Positions 1 to 14,201 of a stretch of DNA of 64,000 bases are shown here, one piece after another. The DNA lies in contig OX597816.1 of the NCBI GenBank assembly GCA_951406725.2, positions 161,820,001 through 161,884,000 of the forward strand, given 5' to 3'. Under the pieces are notes generated by a model. It had not been told where the DNA came from. It saw only the letters and a list, made by a program, of their open reading frames with translations, and did not search any database. Source of the stretch: Octopus vulgaris. Taxonomy: Eukaryota. Position numbers and translations under genes: made by a program. How positions within the stretch are numbered: position 1 is the stretch's first letter; each line of letters starts with the position of its first letter.

Positions 1-565
1 TCATCATCATCGCCGTCATCAGCATCATCGCTATCATCATCGTCAACAACAACAACGAAGACACGAGGAGGAGGAGGAAGAAAAAATGAAGAAAATAAAG
101 AAGATAAAGAAGAAGAAAAACCAGGAGAACAACGAGAAGAAGAAGAACGAGAAGAAGAAGAAGAAGAAAGAGAAGAAGAAGAGGAAAAAAGACGAGAAGA
201 ACGAGAAGAAGAGAAAGGAAAAGAAAAAGAACTAGAAGAAGAACGAGATCAACAGAAGAAGAAGAAGAACGAGAAGAAGAATAACAGAAGAAGGGGAAGA
301 AGAAGAAGAAGAAAAAGAACGAGAAGAAGAACAGAAGAAGAGGAAGAAGAAGAAGAACAGAAGAAGAACAGAAGAAGAAGAAGAAGAAAAAGAAGAAGAA
401 GAAGAAGAAGAAGAAGGAAACGAAGACGAAGGAGAAGACGAAGAAGAAGGAGGAGGAGGAGTAGACGAAGAAGAAGAAGAAGAAGAAGAAGAAGAAGAAG
501 AAGAAGAAGAAGAAGAAGAAGAAGAAGAAGAAGAAGAAGAAGAAGAAGAAGAAGAAGAAGAAAAA
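1..565. repeat. (TCA)n then long (GAA)n purine-rich microsatellite
   Basis: Directly visible triplet repeats; pure (AGA)n at about 468-560. Confidence 0.95.
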
Positions 566-895
566 TACTACTACAACCACCAAAAATAACAAGAACACGA
601 AAATTACAAATAATGAAAAACAAAAGTAAACAAAAAAGAAAAACAGAAATAGCGAATGCACAAGAAAATTCTTCGAAAATGTAAAAGTTGCGAGTCTTTG
701 TTTTAATTCCATAGTGTTTTACAGACAAGAATGGAGGTTTTTGCATTCTTTATTGAGTTTGGTAGAACGTGGAGAAAGCATGATAAGTCTATAGAATAAA
801 CACCACTGGCTGTCCATTATGATGTCCAGGTGGACGTTACCAAAATTCCTAATTGGTCAGTGCTGAAATAATTGCTGACAGAGGCAAAACAAAAC

Positions 896-1052
<157 letters not shown>

Positions 1053-1697
1053 AATTTCTTGCTGGACTGATACTTGGCAAAAATCAAATGAAGACGAGGA
1101 TAAAAACATAATGATACGCGTGGAAGTAGACATATATACTCGTAAAGGCACATATAAATACACTTATGAATACGTATATATATATATATATATATGTGTG
1201 CTTACAGACATATACGCGATGTATATATAGATGCAGATACAATTATATATATATATATATATATATAAACACACATATATATAAATACATACGCATACAC
1301 ATATACCTTGTCCACGAACAAACAAACAAAGGAACTAACAAACACAACTGAAAATAGGTACATATAAATGTACTTATATGTACATTTATGTATGTATATA
1401 TGTATGTATCTATCTATCTATCTGTCTGTCTGTCTGTCTGTCTATCTATCAATCCATATATATATAATATATATATAAAACACACACACTCACACACACA
1501 TATATATATATATATACACACATACATATGTATATATATACGTATATATCTACACACACACATATATATACATATATAAACGCATACACATACGTATATC
1601 GTATATGCATGCATACATACGTACACATGTGTGTGTAAGTGTGATATGCATATATGTGAATGTACGTATCCTTTTGTATGTATGTATGCATGTATGT

Positions 1698-1728
<31 letters not shown>

Positions 1729-1976
1729 AATGTGTGTGTATGTATATATGTATACTTATGCATGTACCTATGTATTTATGTAGCTGTCTAATTGTTTATG
1801 TAAGTATGTATATGTGTATGTTTATTATACAGACTTATACAGAACAAATTGTGTACGAGATGGGAAGGGTTAGAAACTGAGTGTGAGACTAGAGAAAAGA
1901 TAAAAGCTCTGTAGATAGACAGATAGGTCAAAAGATTGGTTCAGAGAGAGAGAGACACAACAAGAAAATTAACAGG

Positions 1977-2030
<54 letters not shown>

Positions 2031-2193
2031 GAGAGAGAGAGCAGAAAAGGAAATAGTTTAACGTGGCAAACATAAGCGCCTTTCCTGAAACAGTGAATCT
2101 AAAGAAAAATCTATACAATGAAATAAATAGCAAAATAAAAACAAAAAAAATTAACGAAATGAAATCAACACACACATATACATGCATACATAC

Positions 2194-2269
<76 letters not shown>

Positions 2270-2571
2270 ATACAAACAAGCGCAAATACATAAGCGGAAA
2301 GAAAATAGTCAGAAGAAGATGAAAAATAAAAGCACGTAGAGAAGATAGAAGGCGGAGACTGCGTGAGGAGATAAGAAGCAAGAGAAGAAGATGGGTGACG
2401 GGAGAGGATAGCAGACGATAGAGAAAATCGATATGGGAAGACAGGTGTAATAAATTAACTGAAGATCTTCTGAATCACTTCGTTACCGAATTTTTTTGTT
2501 TGTGCTTTAGTGAGTCAGTTTATGTAGGCGAAAATGTTTGTTTATACATACATACATGTATACATACATAC

Positions 2572-2606
<35 letters not shown>

Positions 2607-2662
2607 CACATGCATATATGTATGTCCGTATTTATATGCGAATATCTATATGCACATATGTA

Positions 2663-2711
<49 letters not shown>

Positions 2712-2875
2712 TCATATATATGTAGATATATATATCTATATATACATACATACGTATATATATATATATTTATACACACACATATATGCATATATTTTTT
2801 ATAAATGTAGATAAATATATGCATATATATTTGCACTGACACGGATATGTGAATATCTTTAGATACATACATTGA

Positions 2876-2917
<42 letters not shown>

Positions 2918-3597
2918 CATAAATATATGCACATATATTTATATATAGACATACGCCCACATACATACACCTACCTATATGCATGTATGCATTTATATAA
3001 ATACACACACATATAGATATATACATATATGTATGCGTGTGTGTGTGTGTGTGTGCATATAATTATAGTAACAAGTTGACGACTCAGATCTGCATTGCCA
3101 AAAGTTTCACAGATGCAAACACCACGTGTCTTCGTGAATGAAGCTGATTGTTATTCAGAAGGCATGACCGCCTCGTCTCTTTCAGTAACATAAATCTGAA
3201 TCGAACAACTTTTAGTACGAACATATAAGAACCAATACGTGAGTTGAGCGGTCTGGTATTCTTTTCTTATTCGAGCATACCTATATACCTATATATATAT
3301 ATCTATCTATATATTCAACAATTGAGGGTAAAATTAATTAATTATTAATCAATTTCACCAAGTGTTCAGTATGCAAAGGGACCATTTAAGGCGAATTCAA
3401 ATTATTACATTATATAAAAGGGCTTAGTAAAATAAATTACTTTGCCGCATACTGAACTCATTAGAAATAGCAGCTAAAAAACTTTTTTAAAGTTATTTCT
3501 AATACTTAAAGAAAATCTCTCTCATATAGTGCTTGTTTAACTCAACTCACGAAAGTTTAGGGGTAAAGACATCAAAAAATCAAATGCAAAGGTTATT

Positions 3598-3649
3598 TGA
3601 GAACGTACGTTTCAAGATTAGTCAACACTACACTTCTATCATCAGCTCA
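3598..3649 (-). ncRNA. Type I hammerhead ribozyme motif (unit 1)
   Basis: Minus strand TGAG-CTGATGA-tAGA..TAGT gttg ACTA..TCTt-GAAA-CGTACG-TT-CTCA; 4-bp stem I, palindromic stem III, GUU site, U.U mismatch at base of stem II. Confidence 0.7.
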
Positions 3650-4158
3650 GAAACTCCATTGGTTTGGATTTGAAAACACTGAAAGTGAGAGCATACCCTT
3701 CCGGCTTCTCATCGCTTTCGAAGATCTGCTCGTAACTAACAGTGCCAACAAACTCAAACATGCAAGCGAAGAATTTCAGTTCTCCCCTTTCCACCAGCGT
3801 GGGTTAAAATCAGCAAACACTATGCTTATTTCGGTAAAATCCGAAGCATTAATTAGAGGGAGATTAATTATAATTTCAACAATTGAGGGTAAAATTAATT
3901 AATTATTAATCAATTTCACCAAGTGTTCAGTATGCAAAGGGACCATTTAAGGCGAATTCAAATTATTACATTATATAAAAGGGCTTAGTAAAATAAATTA
4001 CTTTGCCGCATACTGAACTCATTAGAAATAGCAGCTAAAAAACTTTTTTAAAGCTATTTCTAATACTTAAAGAAAATCTCTCTCATATAGTGCTTGTTTA
4101 ACTCAACTCACGAAAGTTTGGGGGTAAAGACATCAAAAAATCAAATGCAAAGGTTATT

Positions 4159-4210
4159 TGAGAACGTACGTTTCAAGATTAGTCAACACGACACTTCTAT
4201 CATCAGCTCA
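4159..4210 (-). ncRNA. Type I hammerhead ribozyme motif (unit 2)
   Basis: Same motif 561 bp away with one substitution in stem II. Confidence 0.68.
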
Positions 4211-4727
4211 GAAACTCCATTGGTTTGGATTTGAAAACACTGAAAGTGAGAGCATACCCTTCCGGCTTCTCATCGCTTTCGAAGATCTGCTCGTAACTAA
4301 CAGTGCCAACAAACTCAAACATGCAAGCGAAGAATTTCAGTTCTCCCCTTTCCACCAGCGTGGGTTAAAATCAGCAAACACTATGCTTATTTCGGTAAAA
4401 TCCGAAGCATTAATTAGAGGGAGATTAAATATATATATGTACGTGCCATCTCTGACGAGTACATGGTATTAGTTAACAACCCTGTTACCTAATATCCGGT
4501 TATCTAATAACCTGTCTATATGTATATATGTATAAATATGTACATGCATATGAATACACACACACGCCCACACACGCACGCAAACATGCGCACACACACA
4601 TATTTTGAAGTATATTTGCCACCTAAACGTGGCTAACCCTTAAGGTTTGATGCCACTGTTGCTTGTAGCCCCAGGAATACATTTCCAGCTGGCTATAGAC
4701 ACACTACATATATATATATTTATATAT

Positions 4728-4800
<73 letters not shown>

Positions 4801-4803
<3 letters not shown>

Positions 4804-5002
4804 GTGCAATGGCCCTCCATAGGGCAGCGGTCTCGCGGTTTCGATTCCCAGACCGGGCGTTGTAACTGTTTATTGAGCGAAAATACCTAAAGCGCGACAA
4901 GGGTCCGGTAGGGTGGTGGTGGCGAGTTCTACTGTACGTTTTCACCACAACTTTCTCTCACTATTTCTTCCTGTTTCTATTGTACCTGTATTTCAAAGGG
5001 CC
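4801..5002 (+). mobile_element. tRNA-derived SINE family C, 5' part
   Basis: Homologous to full copies at 52423-52786 and 57757-58142; B-box GGTTTCGATTCC. Confidence 0.8.
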
Positions 5003-5035
5003 TATATATATATGTATATATATATATATATATAT

Positions 5036-5352
5036 ATACGACGGTTTTTTTTCAGTTTCCGTTTACCAAATCCACTCGTATGGCTTAGGTCTGCCCGAGG
5101 CAATAGCAGAAGACACTTCCCCAAGGTGCCATGCAGTGCGCCTGAACTCGGAACATTATGGTTGGAAAGCAAGCTTCTTACCACATAGCCACTTCTGTGC
5201 CTATATATGTACGATGGTCTTCTTTCAGATTTCGTCTGGCAAATCCACTCACAAGGATTTGGTCAACATTAGGCTATGGATGAAGATTCGCACCCAAGGT
5301 GCCACGCAATGGGACTGAACTCGAAAACATGTTGTTGGGAAGCAGGCTTCTT
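5036..5352 (-). mobile_element. Two partial copies of tRNA-derived SINE family A (head of the second continues at 7225-7260)
   Basis: Reverse complement of the 19801-20209 consensus. Confidence 0.8.
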
Positions 5353-7224
5353 TTATTCATTAAATTGGCCATAAGGGCCTTACAAAGAAAGGAATCTGCG
5401 GGCTGGACAAGGATATAATGAGATGAAATGATAGACGATATGATAATAATGAGGGCAACAGAAACGTCCGTCGATTGCTGTTTGCCCGAGCACATTGTTC
5501 TTTATAAGTACCATTTTTGAGGCAACAAACCTCTTACATAGTTCAAAGTAAAATATCAATGAGGCAATAAACCTCTTACATTTACAACAAGATAGCCATT
5601 GTGAGGCAGTAAACCTCTTACACAAGTCAATTATAAAATCAATAAAACAATATAAATGAGGCACCAAGCCTCTTACTTTAATTAATTACAAATCTTCCTG
5701 CCCGACTAGACTTCTCGCCTTGGTCAAACACCTGGACGGTGTCAAGTCGGGTCGCTTTAATACAAAATTAAAAGTGTCTGCTGGGAAGGAGTTCATTATC
5801 CTACACAGATCCGTTTCCCATATGACCTCCGCAGCCACCTGCGAAGGCCAATCAGAGTCCTCCGTGCAGGACAGAATCCCCTCCCTTCGCCCCTTCCTTT
5901 TAAAGTTCTTAATGAAGTGTTCTATTGTCCCTCCCTTATGGAAGAGGACCACAAATTCCTCCTCCACAGTATGGGAATCTACAGTTTCAACCTTCGGTGG
6001 CACAACCTCCACCGAAGGTACTTCGGGACACGCCAGCAGTGTATCACAAACCGCCGGCAATGTTCCATTTTTCTTGTTTTTCTTTTTTTCCTGAGCCACG
6101 GGAGGGTGTTGTTCCTCCGCTTTGTCTAGCAGATCCTCCCTTCCTCCCGCAGCCTTCGGATCCTTAGGTGGGCAAAACAGCTTTTGATCCCTTCCAATCA
6201 GCCGAAGGCAGAATGTTCACGTTTAGGAGCTTGGTACTGCTGCCACACAGATCCCGGTGGATAGTATCTTCTATCCACTCGGGCTCAATTCCGGGTGGCA
6301 AACCGCAGACCCAAGCCCTTGTCAACTTCTTCCTACAATAAGTGGGAAGAAACAAAATTTCCTTGCCCTCCAGGGGTTGGCTCGTGAATTCGCAAGCTAC
6401 TTCGGGGGAAGTCAAACAGCAACCACACCGCTGCATATTTGATTCCCCGAGAGATAAACTTAATGGTTGTCTTATATTCTGCCAACTCCTTTTCAATCAT
6501 TTTTTCTCGAAGACGGCGATGGTGTCGAGGGTCTTGGAGTAAGTCCTCAACACCACCGTCTTCTTTTCAAATTCCTGTAACCATTTTTTGGATTGTGTAA
6601 TTTCCCATTCCATAAGTTTATCTTTGTTCTTTGCCATGTGAAAAAATTAACAGTTCAAAACACGATTCACAAAAATTAAAATAAAAGAGAAAAACAAAAA
6701 GGTCTTAACAAAAAGGAAGAAAAAATAAACAGTTCAATACAGCGTTTCAAAAATAAATAAAGAGAAGAAAGAGTGAGAGTTCAAAACACAGCAAAAAAAA
6801 TTTAAGCTACACGGTACTCCCGGCCTTCAACTGGAACACAGTTTCTTACAATCATTGTCCAATTCCTCGAAATCATATTTTTTTTAATTACACAAAATTA
6901 AACAGGAACAGTTCTCACAATTAATTGAGAATAGCACAATTCTCAAATTAAATTGGAAGCGGGATACGTCTCCAAACAGCAATTCTCACAATTGAACGAG
7001 AAAAACAAAATGCTCTACTGCAAGCAGACCAAAGCCCAGAATCCAGTGAGGACTCCTTGCTTGTACAAAAAATAAATATCACAAACAACGAACCACCACT
7101 GAACCTAAAAAGCAAAAAGTCTTACCTTACAGTAGAGCCTCTTTCTGTAACGAACTTTCGTCCGCTGTAAACCAGCGTGACGACTTCGATGGCATAATGA
7201 AGACGATTGAACTACCGGAACCGA
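5353..7224 (-). mobile_element. ORF1-only non-LTR retroelement (L1/Tx1-type ORF1 remnant, HAL1-like), frameshifted
   Basis: Near-perfect 13-bp TSD AAGCAGGCTTCTT (5340-5352) / AAGCATGCTTCTT (7225-7237); broken ORF from ATG 6637 to about 5686 including the RRM-like LPTYCRKKLTRAWVCGLPPGIEPEWI; AATAAA at the 3' junction; no RT motifs. Confidence 0.6.
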
Positions 7225-7349
7225 AAGCATGCTTCTTACCATACAGGCACGCCTGCGCCTAAGATGTCAAACTTTACTTGTAAAGATCGCTTGAATATCA
7301 GGAGAAACATCATTAGGTAAGAATAATAAATAACACCTTATCTGCAACA

Positions 7350-7511
7350 CCTATTCTAAGTCCTGCTTCGAGAAGCAACGAAATACTTGAGACAGTATCG
7401 AACTCGTGTCATTCTGGTCCAAATCTCAGTGCTTTATACGTTCACCCATTATTACAGACACCAGACAGCAATACCTTTATGAATAAATAGTATGTGAAAC
7501 CAGAATATATT
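7350..7511. repeat. About 160-bp segment duplicated at 8785-8943; contains a decayed tRNA-like B box on the minus strand
   Basis: CCTATTCTAAGTCCTGCTTCGAGAAGCAACGAAATACTTG at both loci, offset 1435. Confidence 0.85.
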
Positions 7512-7799
7512 AGTAAATATCAAAGACTTTCGTCAGAGATCTATTACTTGGTTACTGATACTATATATGTTTGTATGCGCACGCACGCACACACAAATAC
7601 CCCCCACACACATATACATACATACACACACATAAACACAGACACATACACCACGCACACACATACACACACATACACGCACACACATACATATATAGGT
7701 ACATACATACATACACACATACACATACACACACATTTTTTATAACTCTTTTCGTCATACATTTATAACCAGGACACTGAAACACACAGACAAACAAAT

Positions 7800-7830
<31 letters not shown>

Positions 7831-7975
7831 CATACATACACACATACACGAACACTCACATATACGCACACACATACACACACTCACACGCACACACACA
7901 TATAACTCTTTTCGTCATACATTTATAACCAGGACACTGATAACACACAAATACACAATACACACACACACACAC

Positions 7976-8022
<47 letters not shown>

Positions 8023-8314
8023 ACAGAGTCAATTGTGTGTGTCTTTGTATAGGCCGTTGTGTTGAGGGTCTTTCGATTTGGTGTTTTACTTTACTCTTCT
8101 TATCCTAGTCCCTCCTTCTTTTCTATTTTTCTGTCTGTCTCTCTGTCTCTCTGTTCTCCCATCCATTGTATCATTCTTTCTCCTTTTCTGCTCTTCTCTT
8201 TGATCTTCTTAGCGGAAGGAGACAACACTAACAAGGGGAGAAGAGCGAAGTGGGAAAATGCATAACAGAACGGAAAAGAGATAAATATAGGTAGAAACGA
8301 ATATACATACATAC

Positions 8315-8345
<31 letters not shown>

Positions 8346-8947
8346 AAGGGAGAGAGAGGGGGAGACAAAGATAGATAAAAAAGGGAAAAAAGGGGAGGTC
8401 AAAAGATAAGGGGAAATGGTGGAAGGTGATACAATAGTTGAAGACACGACCATCATAAACTATTGGAATTAGGTAACAAAAGACTTCAACAGTTACAGAG
8501 GAATAAAGTGCCTGTGACCAGGGTTTCAAAAGTATGTTATTATTATGACAAAATAAAGGGAATACAACAGTGCATGTGTATGTGTATGTGTATGTGTATG
8601 TGTGTGTGTGTCAGTGTGTGTACGGCAATAACATTCCCATGATGCAATTGCTGAAGTCACAATACGTGATCAAATATTAACGCGGAAAATATTTGGGAAA
8701 CTAAAATTAATGTTAAGATAACGGCCTATGACATGGTAAGTCAATCAAGAATAATAAAAAAACATCCTTTCTGCAATACTGGAGCCTATTCTAAGTCCTG
8801 CTTCGAGAAGCAACGAAATACTTGCAACAGTATCGAACTCGTGTCACTCTGGTCCAAAACTCAGTGCTTTATGCATTCACCCATTTTTAGACACCAGACA
8901 GCAATAGTTTTATGAATAAATAGTATGTGAAACCGGAATATATATAT

Positions 8948-9001
<54 letters not shown>

Positions 9002-9004
9002 CTT

Positions 9005-9188
9005 TTGTGTCAGTGTTTGTCACCCCCGAACATCGCTTGACAACCGATGCTGGTTTATGTCCCCGTAACGTAGCAGTCCGGCAAAAGAGCCGATAGAATA
9101 AGTACTAGGCTTACAAAGAAAAGTCCTAGGGTGCTCCAGCATAGCCGCAGTCAAAATGACTGAAACAAATAATAGAATAAAAGAATAA
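9005..9188 (+). mobile_element. SINE family A, 3' half
   Basis: GCTTGACAACCGATGCTGG...GCAGTCAAAATGACTGAAAC. Confidence 0.8.
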
Positions 9189-9354
9189 AATAATATATAG
9201 CATGCATACATACATACATGAGATACATTACATACATGCATACATGCGTACACACATACATACATACATGCGTACACACATACATACATGCATACATACA
9301 TACATACATACATACATACATACATACATACATACATACATACATACATACATA

Positions 9355-10262
9355 CGCGGATTGAACAATAACGCGGATTGAACAATATAATCAAAAACAA
9401 TCTTAAATGTTAGTTTTTATTTTACGCAGTTGGTCCATCTTTGGCGTCAGTAACATCCATCTAGGAATTGACTCGTACAGCTTCTGAACAGTTGCTAAAG
9501 GAATTTTGAGCCATTCTTCAAATAAAATCTGCTCTAGCTTTTTATTTTGTTTTCTACTCTAGGCACAAGGCCGGAAATTTTGGAGTATGGGGGCAGTCGA
9601 TTAGATCAACCCCAGTACGTAACAGGTACTTAAAATATCGGCCCCGGAAGGATCAAAGGCAAAGTCACCCTCTGCGGAATTTGAACGCAGAACGTAAAGA
9701 CAGACGAAATGCCGTTAAGCATTCGCCCGTCGTGGTAACGTTTCTTATTTCTTTACTACCCACAAGGGGCTACACACAGAGGGGACAAACAAGAACAGAC
9801 AAACGGATTAAGTCGATTATATCGACCCCAGTGCGTAACTGGTACTTATTTAACCGACCCCGAAAGGATGAAAGGTAAAGTCGACCTCGGCGGAATTTGA
9901 ACTCAGAACGTAGCGGCAGACGAATTACCGCTAATCATTTGCCAGTTGTGCTAACGTTTCTGCCAGTTTTCCGCCTTTGCTCTAGCTTCTTAAGCGACAA
10001 TGGCAGAAGGAAGCGACCCCTCATTTGCCATTCCACAGTACACCACAGATGTTTAAATGCTTGATTGTATTGAGATCAAAGGATTGTGGTGGCCAATTCA
10101 AGGGGTCTGCTTCCGTTTTGCGCTCTTTTCCAAATCAGATACTTCACACAATTTATTTAAATATATCTGCAACCCCATCCCACAAAAAATACTCCCCCCC
10201 CCAAAAAAAAAGGTAGATGGCCGTATCATGGAGGGCAATACTATGAACACTGTCATAATGGC
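9355..10262 (-). pseudogene. Tc1-family transposase C-terminal fragment interrupted by a SINE
   Basis: Minus translation [13 protein letters not shown] (WPxxSPDLNPIE motif) ... LSLKKLEQILFEEWLKIPLATVQKLYESIPR; frameshifted. Confidence 0.8.
9541..9977 (-). mobile_element. Dimeric SINE family B (Nin-like central domain) with 11-bp TSD
   Basis: TSD TGCTCTAGCTT at 9530-9540 and 9978-9988; two units each with a CCTTTCATCCTTTCGGGGTCG-like domain and GTTCAAATTCC B box. Confidence 0.85.
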
Positions 10263-10378
10263 TGCTAATTTTGGCACAAGGGGTAAGACGATTACGTCAA
10301 CCCCCGTGTTCAACAGGTATTTATTTTATCGACTCCCAAAGAGGAGGAAAGATAATGTCGACCCCGGTGATCTATCTG

Positions 10379-10515
<137 letters not shown>

Positions 10516-11019
10516 TTGATTTAGATTTTCAGAAACGTGTCTTTCACGAAGCTGCCTCTGTCACATCTAAAATGCATATTGCCTTATTCTTTTCCTTCGC
10601 ATTTCTTTTCGCTCTCTCAATCTCCAATTATTCTTTGATATCCTTGTTGATTTTCCTCATCTCGCTTTTTGTTTTGCTTTCCCTGATTCAAATTTTGGTC
10701 TCCATACGTACATACATAGAAGTTTATCATTTAAATATATATGAGCATGTCTAGATATGCAACTATATGCATGAGAATACATACATAAAAACATACAAAT
10801 CTGAACATGCATTCAAACATACATACATACATACATACATACATACATACATACATACATACATACATACATACACATAAACAAAAATACCCTGTTGTTG
10901 ATGTTGAAATTCCAATGAAGGAGCCTTGGATCTAGTTTAGAAACCGGTACTTTCTCTATTGGCAAGAAAACTTGAAATAAACTGAATAATGACATAGATG
11001 CATAGATACATACATACAT

Positions 11020-11076
<57 letters not shown>

Positions 11077-11142
11077 CATATATATGTGTGTGTGTATATA
11101 TATTTGTGTGTATGTATATATATCTATATATATATATACATA

Positions 11143-11181
<39 letters not shown>

Positions 11182-12091
11182 CTCCCTGCATACATACACA
11201 CACACATATATATATATATATAATATATATACATATATTTTCCTCTATTTATGTATACCTATATTTTTCAATCTAAATATCTCTCTATCTCAATGTGTAT
11301 ACATATTCTCTCTCTCTATACACACACATATACACACACATATACACACACATATATTTACATATACACCGCACACTCACACATTCACTGATTTCTTTCA
11401 CACACCACACACCCCTGCTTTATTCTCTTTCCTACAATTTTCCAGATCCTTCACCACTTCATTTCCCCCCTTTTAATCCAAACTTCATTCTCTTTTAACG
11501 CATTGTTCCTCCTCCTACATTTCTCATTTACCCGCTTCTCTATTGCTTTTATCACGCTTTGTCTGAAGCTTTTCTTCATTTTTCTCTTACGCTGTTCCTT
11601 CATTTTCTTTCAATTACAATGGCGGCCTATCTTTTCCTTGAATGATTTTCATGCTTTTTATTTTCTCTCACCCTCCATCGTCTGTTGACAATGGTTCTTC
11701 TACTCAACTCACTGTTTCCATCCCTTTGTCGTAGGCTTCGTCGTCGCCGCCCGAAGTACGCAGATATATAGCCATTAAGCTATACTCTATGTATATGCAT
11801 AATGTATGTATTCTAAGCGTGCATATATACGTACGTATCGATGTATATACGCTCGCACGTGTGTTTTTGTGTAGTGTATATACATATACATACACGCATA
11901 CATGCATACATACATACCCACACACAAACATACATATGTACATACACATATACACACACAAACATACATACATATGTACAAACATATATACACACGTACA
12001 TACACACAGACGCACAGAGACACGGACACGCATGCATATGCATATGTATATATATATATGAGTATATATGCATACATGCATACTTAGATCC

Positions 12092-12124
<33 letters not shown>

Positions 12125-12158
12125 TGTAATATATATCTGAATCTACCTACCTACCTAC

Positions 12159-12286
<128 letters not shown>

Positions 12287-12394
12287 TTATATATATACAA
12301 ATACGTTTCTATGTCAATAAGACATTTACATGAGGATCTGCGTTAGTGTGAGATCAGAGAGATATAGAAGGATAGAAAATGAGAGCAAGAAACA

Positions 12395-12425
<31 letters not shown>

Positions 12426-13875
12426 GGGCGAGATGGAGGGAGAGAGAGAGAGCCATTTCGTTATATAGGCTGACATTCGAACCCTCAGTCATGTGACACC
12501 CAGATGAGAAATTTCACGCCCTTCTGCACCTCAAGCTCAGCCCCTTAAGAACATGATGTTGCTCCAAAATTTCTCTTCCCCACACATACACACCAGCCAA
12601 CGTTCACCTATTGTCATCGACATCCAATACTCTCCCTCTCCTCTACTTCTCCTTCTCTCTAGTCTGATAAAGGAAAGACACAAGGAGGGACAAGAGAGAA
12701 AGCAACAAAGAAACTGGAAAAGCACTTGTGCCGGTCGATCTTTGAGAGTGCTGTTATAGTGACAGCGACAGCATTTTAAAGGCTGCCGTTTCTCTAAGAC
12801 CTGCATTGATAAGAATCAAACTGCTTTAGATTTTATACACTTATTCAATATTCCCTACAGAAAGACATTCTGATCTCATGGCATTGTGCCTCTGTTAAGG
12901 TGCCATTTAGAAACGCAAAGATGTGCAAAATCCATAGGGCAATTTCTAAACTTGTGTATTTGTTTCACAATAGGATTATCGCCATCTATCTTTTATGTAT
13001 GTATGTATGTATGTATGTATGTTTGTATGTATGTATGTATGTATGTATGTATGCATGTATGCATGTATGCATGTATGTATGTATGTATGTATGTATGCAT
13101 GTATGCATACACACATATATGTATATATATAAAGATATGTGTATATATATATATGTATACATATACATACATATATATATATGTATATATATGTATGTAT
13201 GTATATATATGTATATATATATATATATATATATACATATAGATTGATAGATATGTATGAACACATACATACATTCGTAAATGCATACAAAAAGGAGTGT
13301 GTATATATATATATGCGGTGCCCCAGCATGGCCTCAGCCGGATGGCTGAAACAAGTAAAAGAGTAAAAGAGTAAAAGAGTATATATATATATATATATAT
13401 GATAAACATGGTATACACATGTATACAAATATATATATATACATATATATGCACATACATACACAAGCACACACATACACACATACACATATATATGCAT
13501 ATGGACGTATATATTCATATTCAAAGAGAGAGAGATGGAGAGATAGACGGTGGGAAACCCGCTTTGTTTCGTGTGTATGGCCATATCTAACAACTATGGC
13601 TGTGTACACGCATCACTGAAGATAAATGCTAATAAGGGTCCCTATAAAAAAAAACAAATAGAAAGGAAGAAAAACCGAAACGAAAAAAATGACAATATAA
13701 AAAAAAACAAAACAAAACAAAACTGGGAAACGAAACGAAACACAAAATGTGTTTGGTTCTATGGCCGTGAGTAATTATATGTTCATATTATCTTATATGT
13801 TCATATATGCCTATATATATACATGCGTACACATATGCATACATGCATGCCTATATGAATACACGCAAAAATACA

Positions 13876-13916
<41 letters not shown>

Positions 13917-14068
13917 GTATATCATCCTTTATATATAATATATGTATGCGTTTCTATATGTATATGTATATATATATATCCATACATACACACAATACAT
14001 GATGTATATAGCAGCCTCTATACATGAGATATATATATATATGTGTGTGTGTGTATAGATATATATAC

Positions 14069-14157
<89 letters not shown>

Positions 14158-14158
14158 T

Positions 14159-14201
<43 letters not shown>

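Larger units (their letters stand above)
3314..4427 (-). mobile_element. Two head-to-tail 561-bp units, each with a type I hammerhead (retrozyme-like / Penelope pLTR-like), in a (TA)n context
   Basis: Units start at 3314 and 3875 (TTCAACAATTGAGGG); duplicate ORFs 3597/4158 confirm the 561 period; about 3 substitutions between units; homologous to 48939-49555. Confidence 0.85.

Noticed and set aside
3597-4472. Twin 101/104-aa ORFs (MRTYVSRLV...)
   Set aside because: TTG starts, antisense to the ribozyme strand, no recognisable domain, and no visible counterpart in the 586-nt relative
5519-5678. CRISPR-like spaced repeats GAGGCA..AAACCTCTTACA x4
   Set aside because: Eukaryotic retroelement 3' UTR; spacers are irregular and partly similar to each other; no cas genes
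11700-11765. GC-rich minus-strand exon candidate ending in GTGAGT
   Set aside because: No acceptor site, partner exons or recognisable protein similarity
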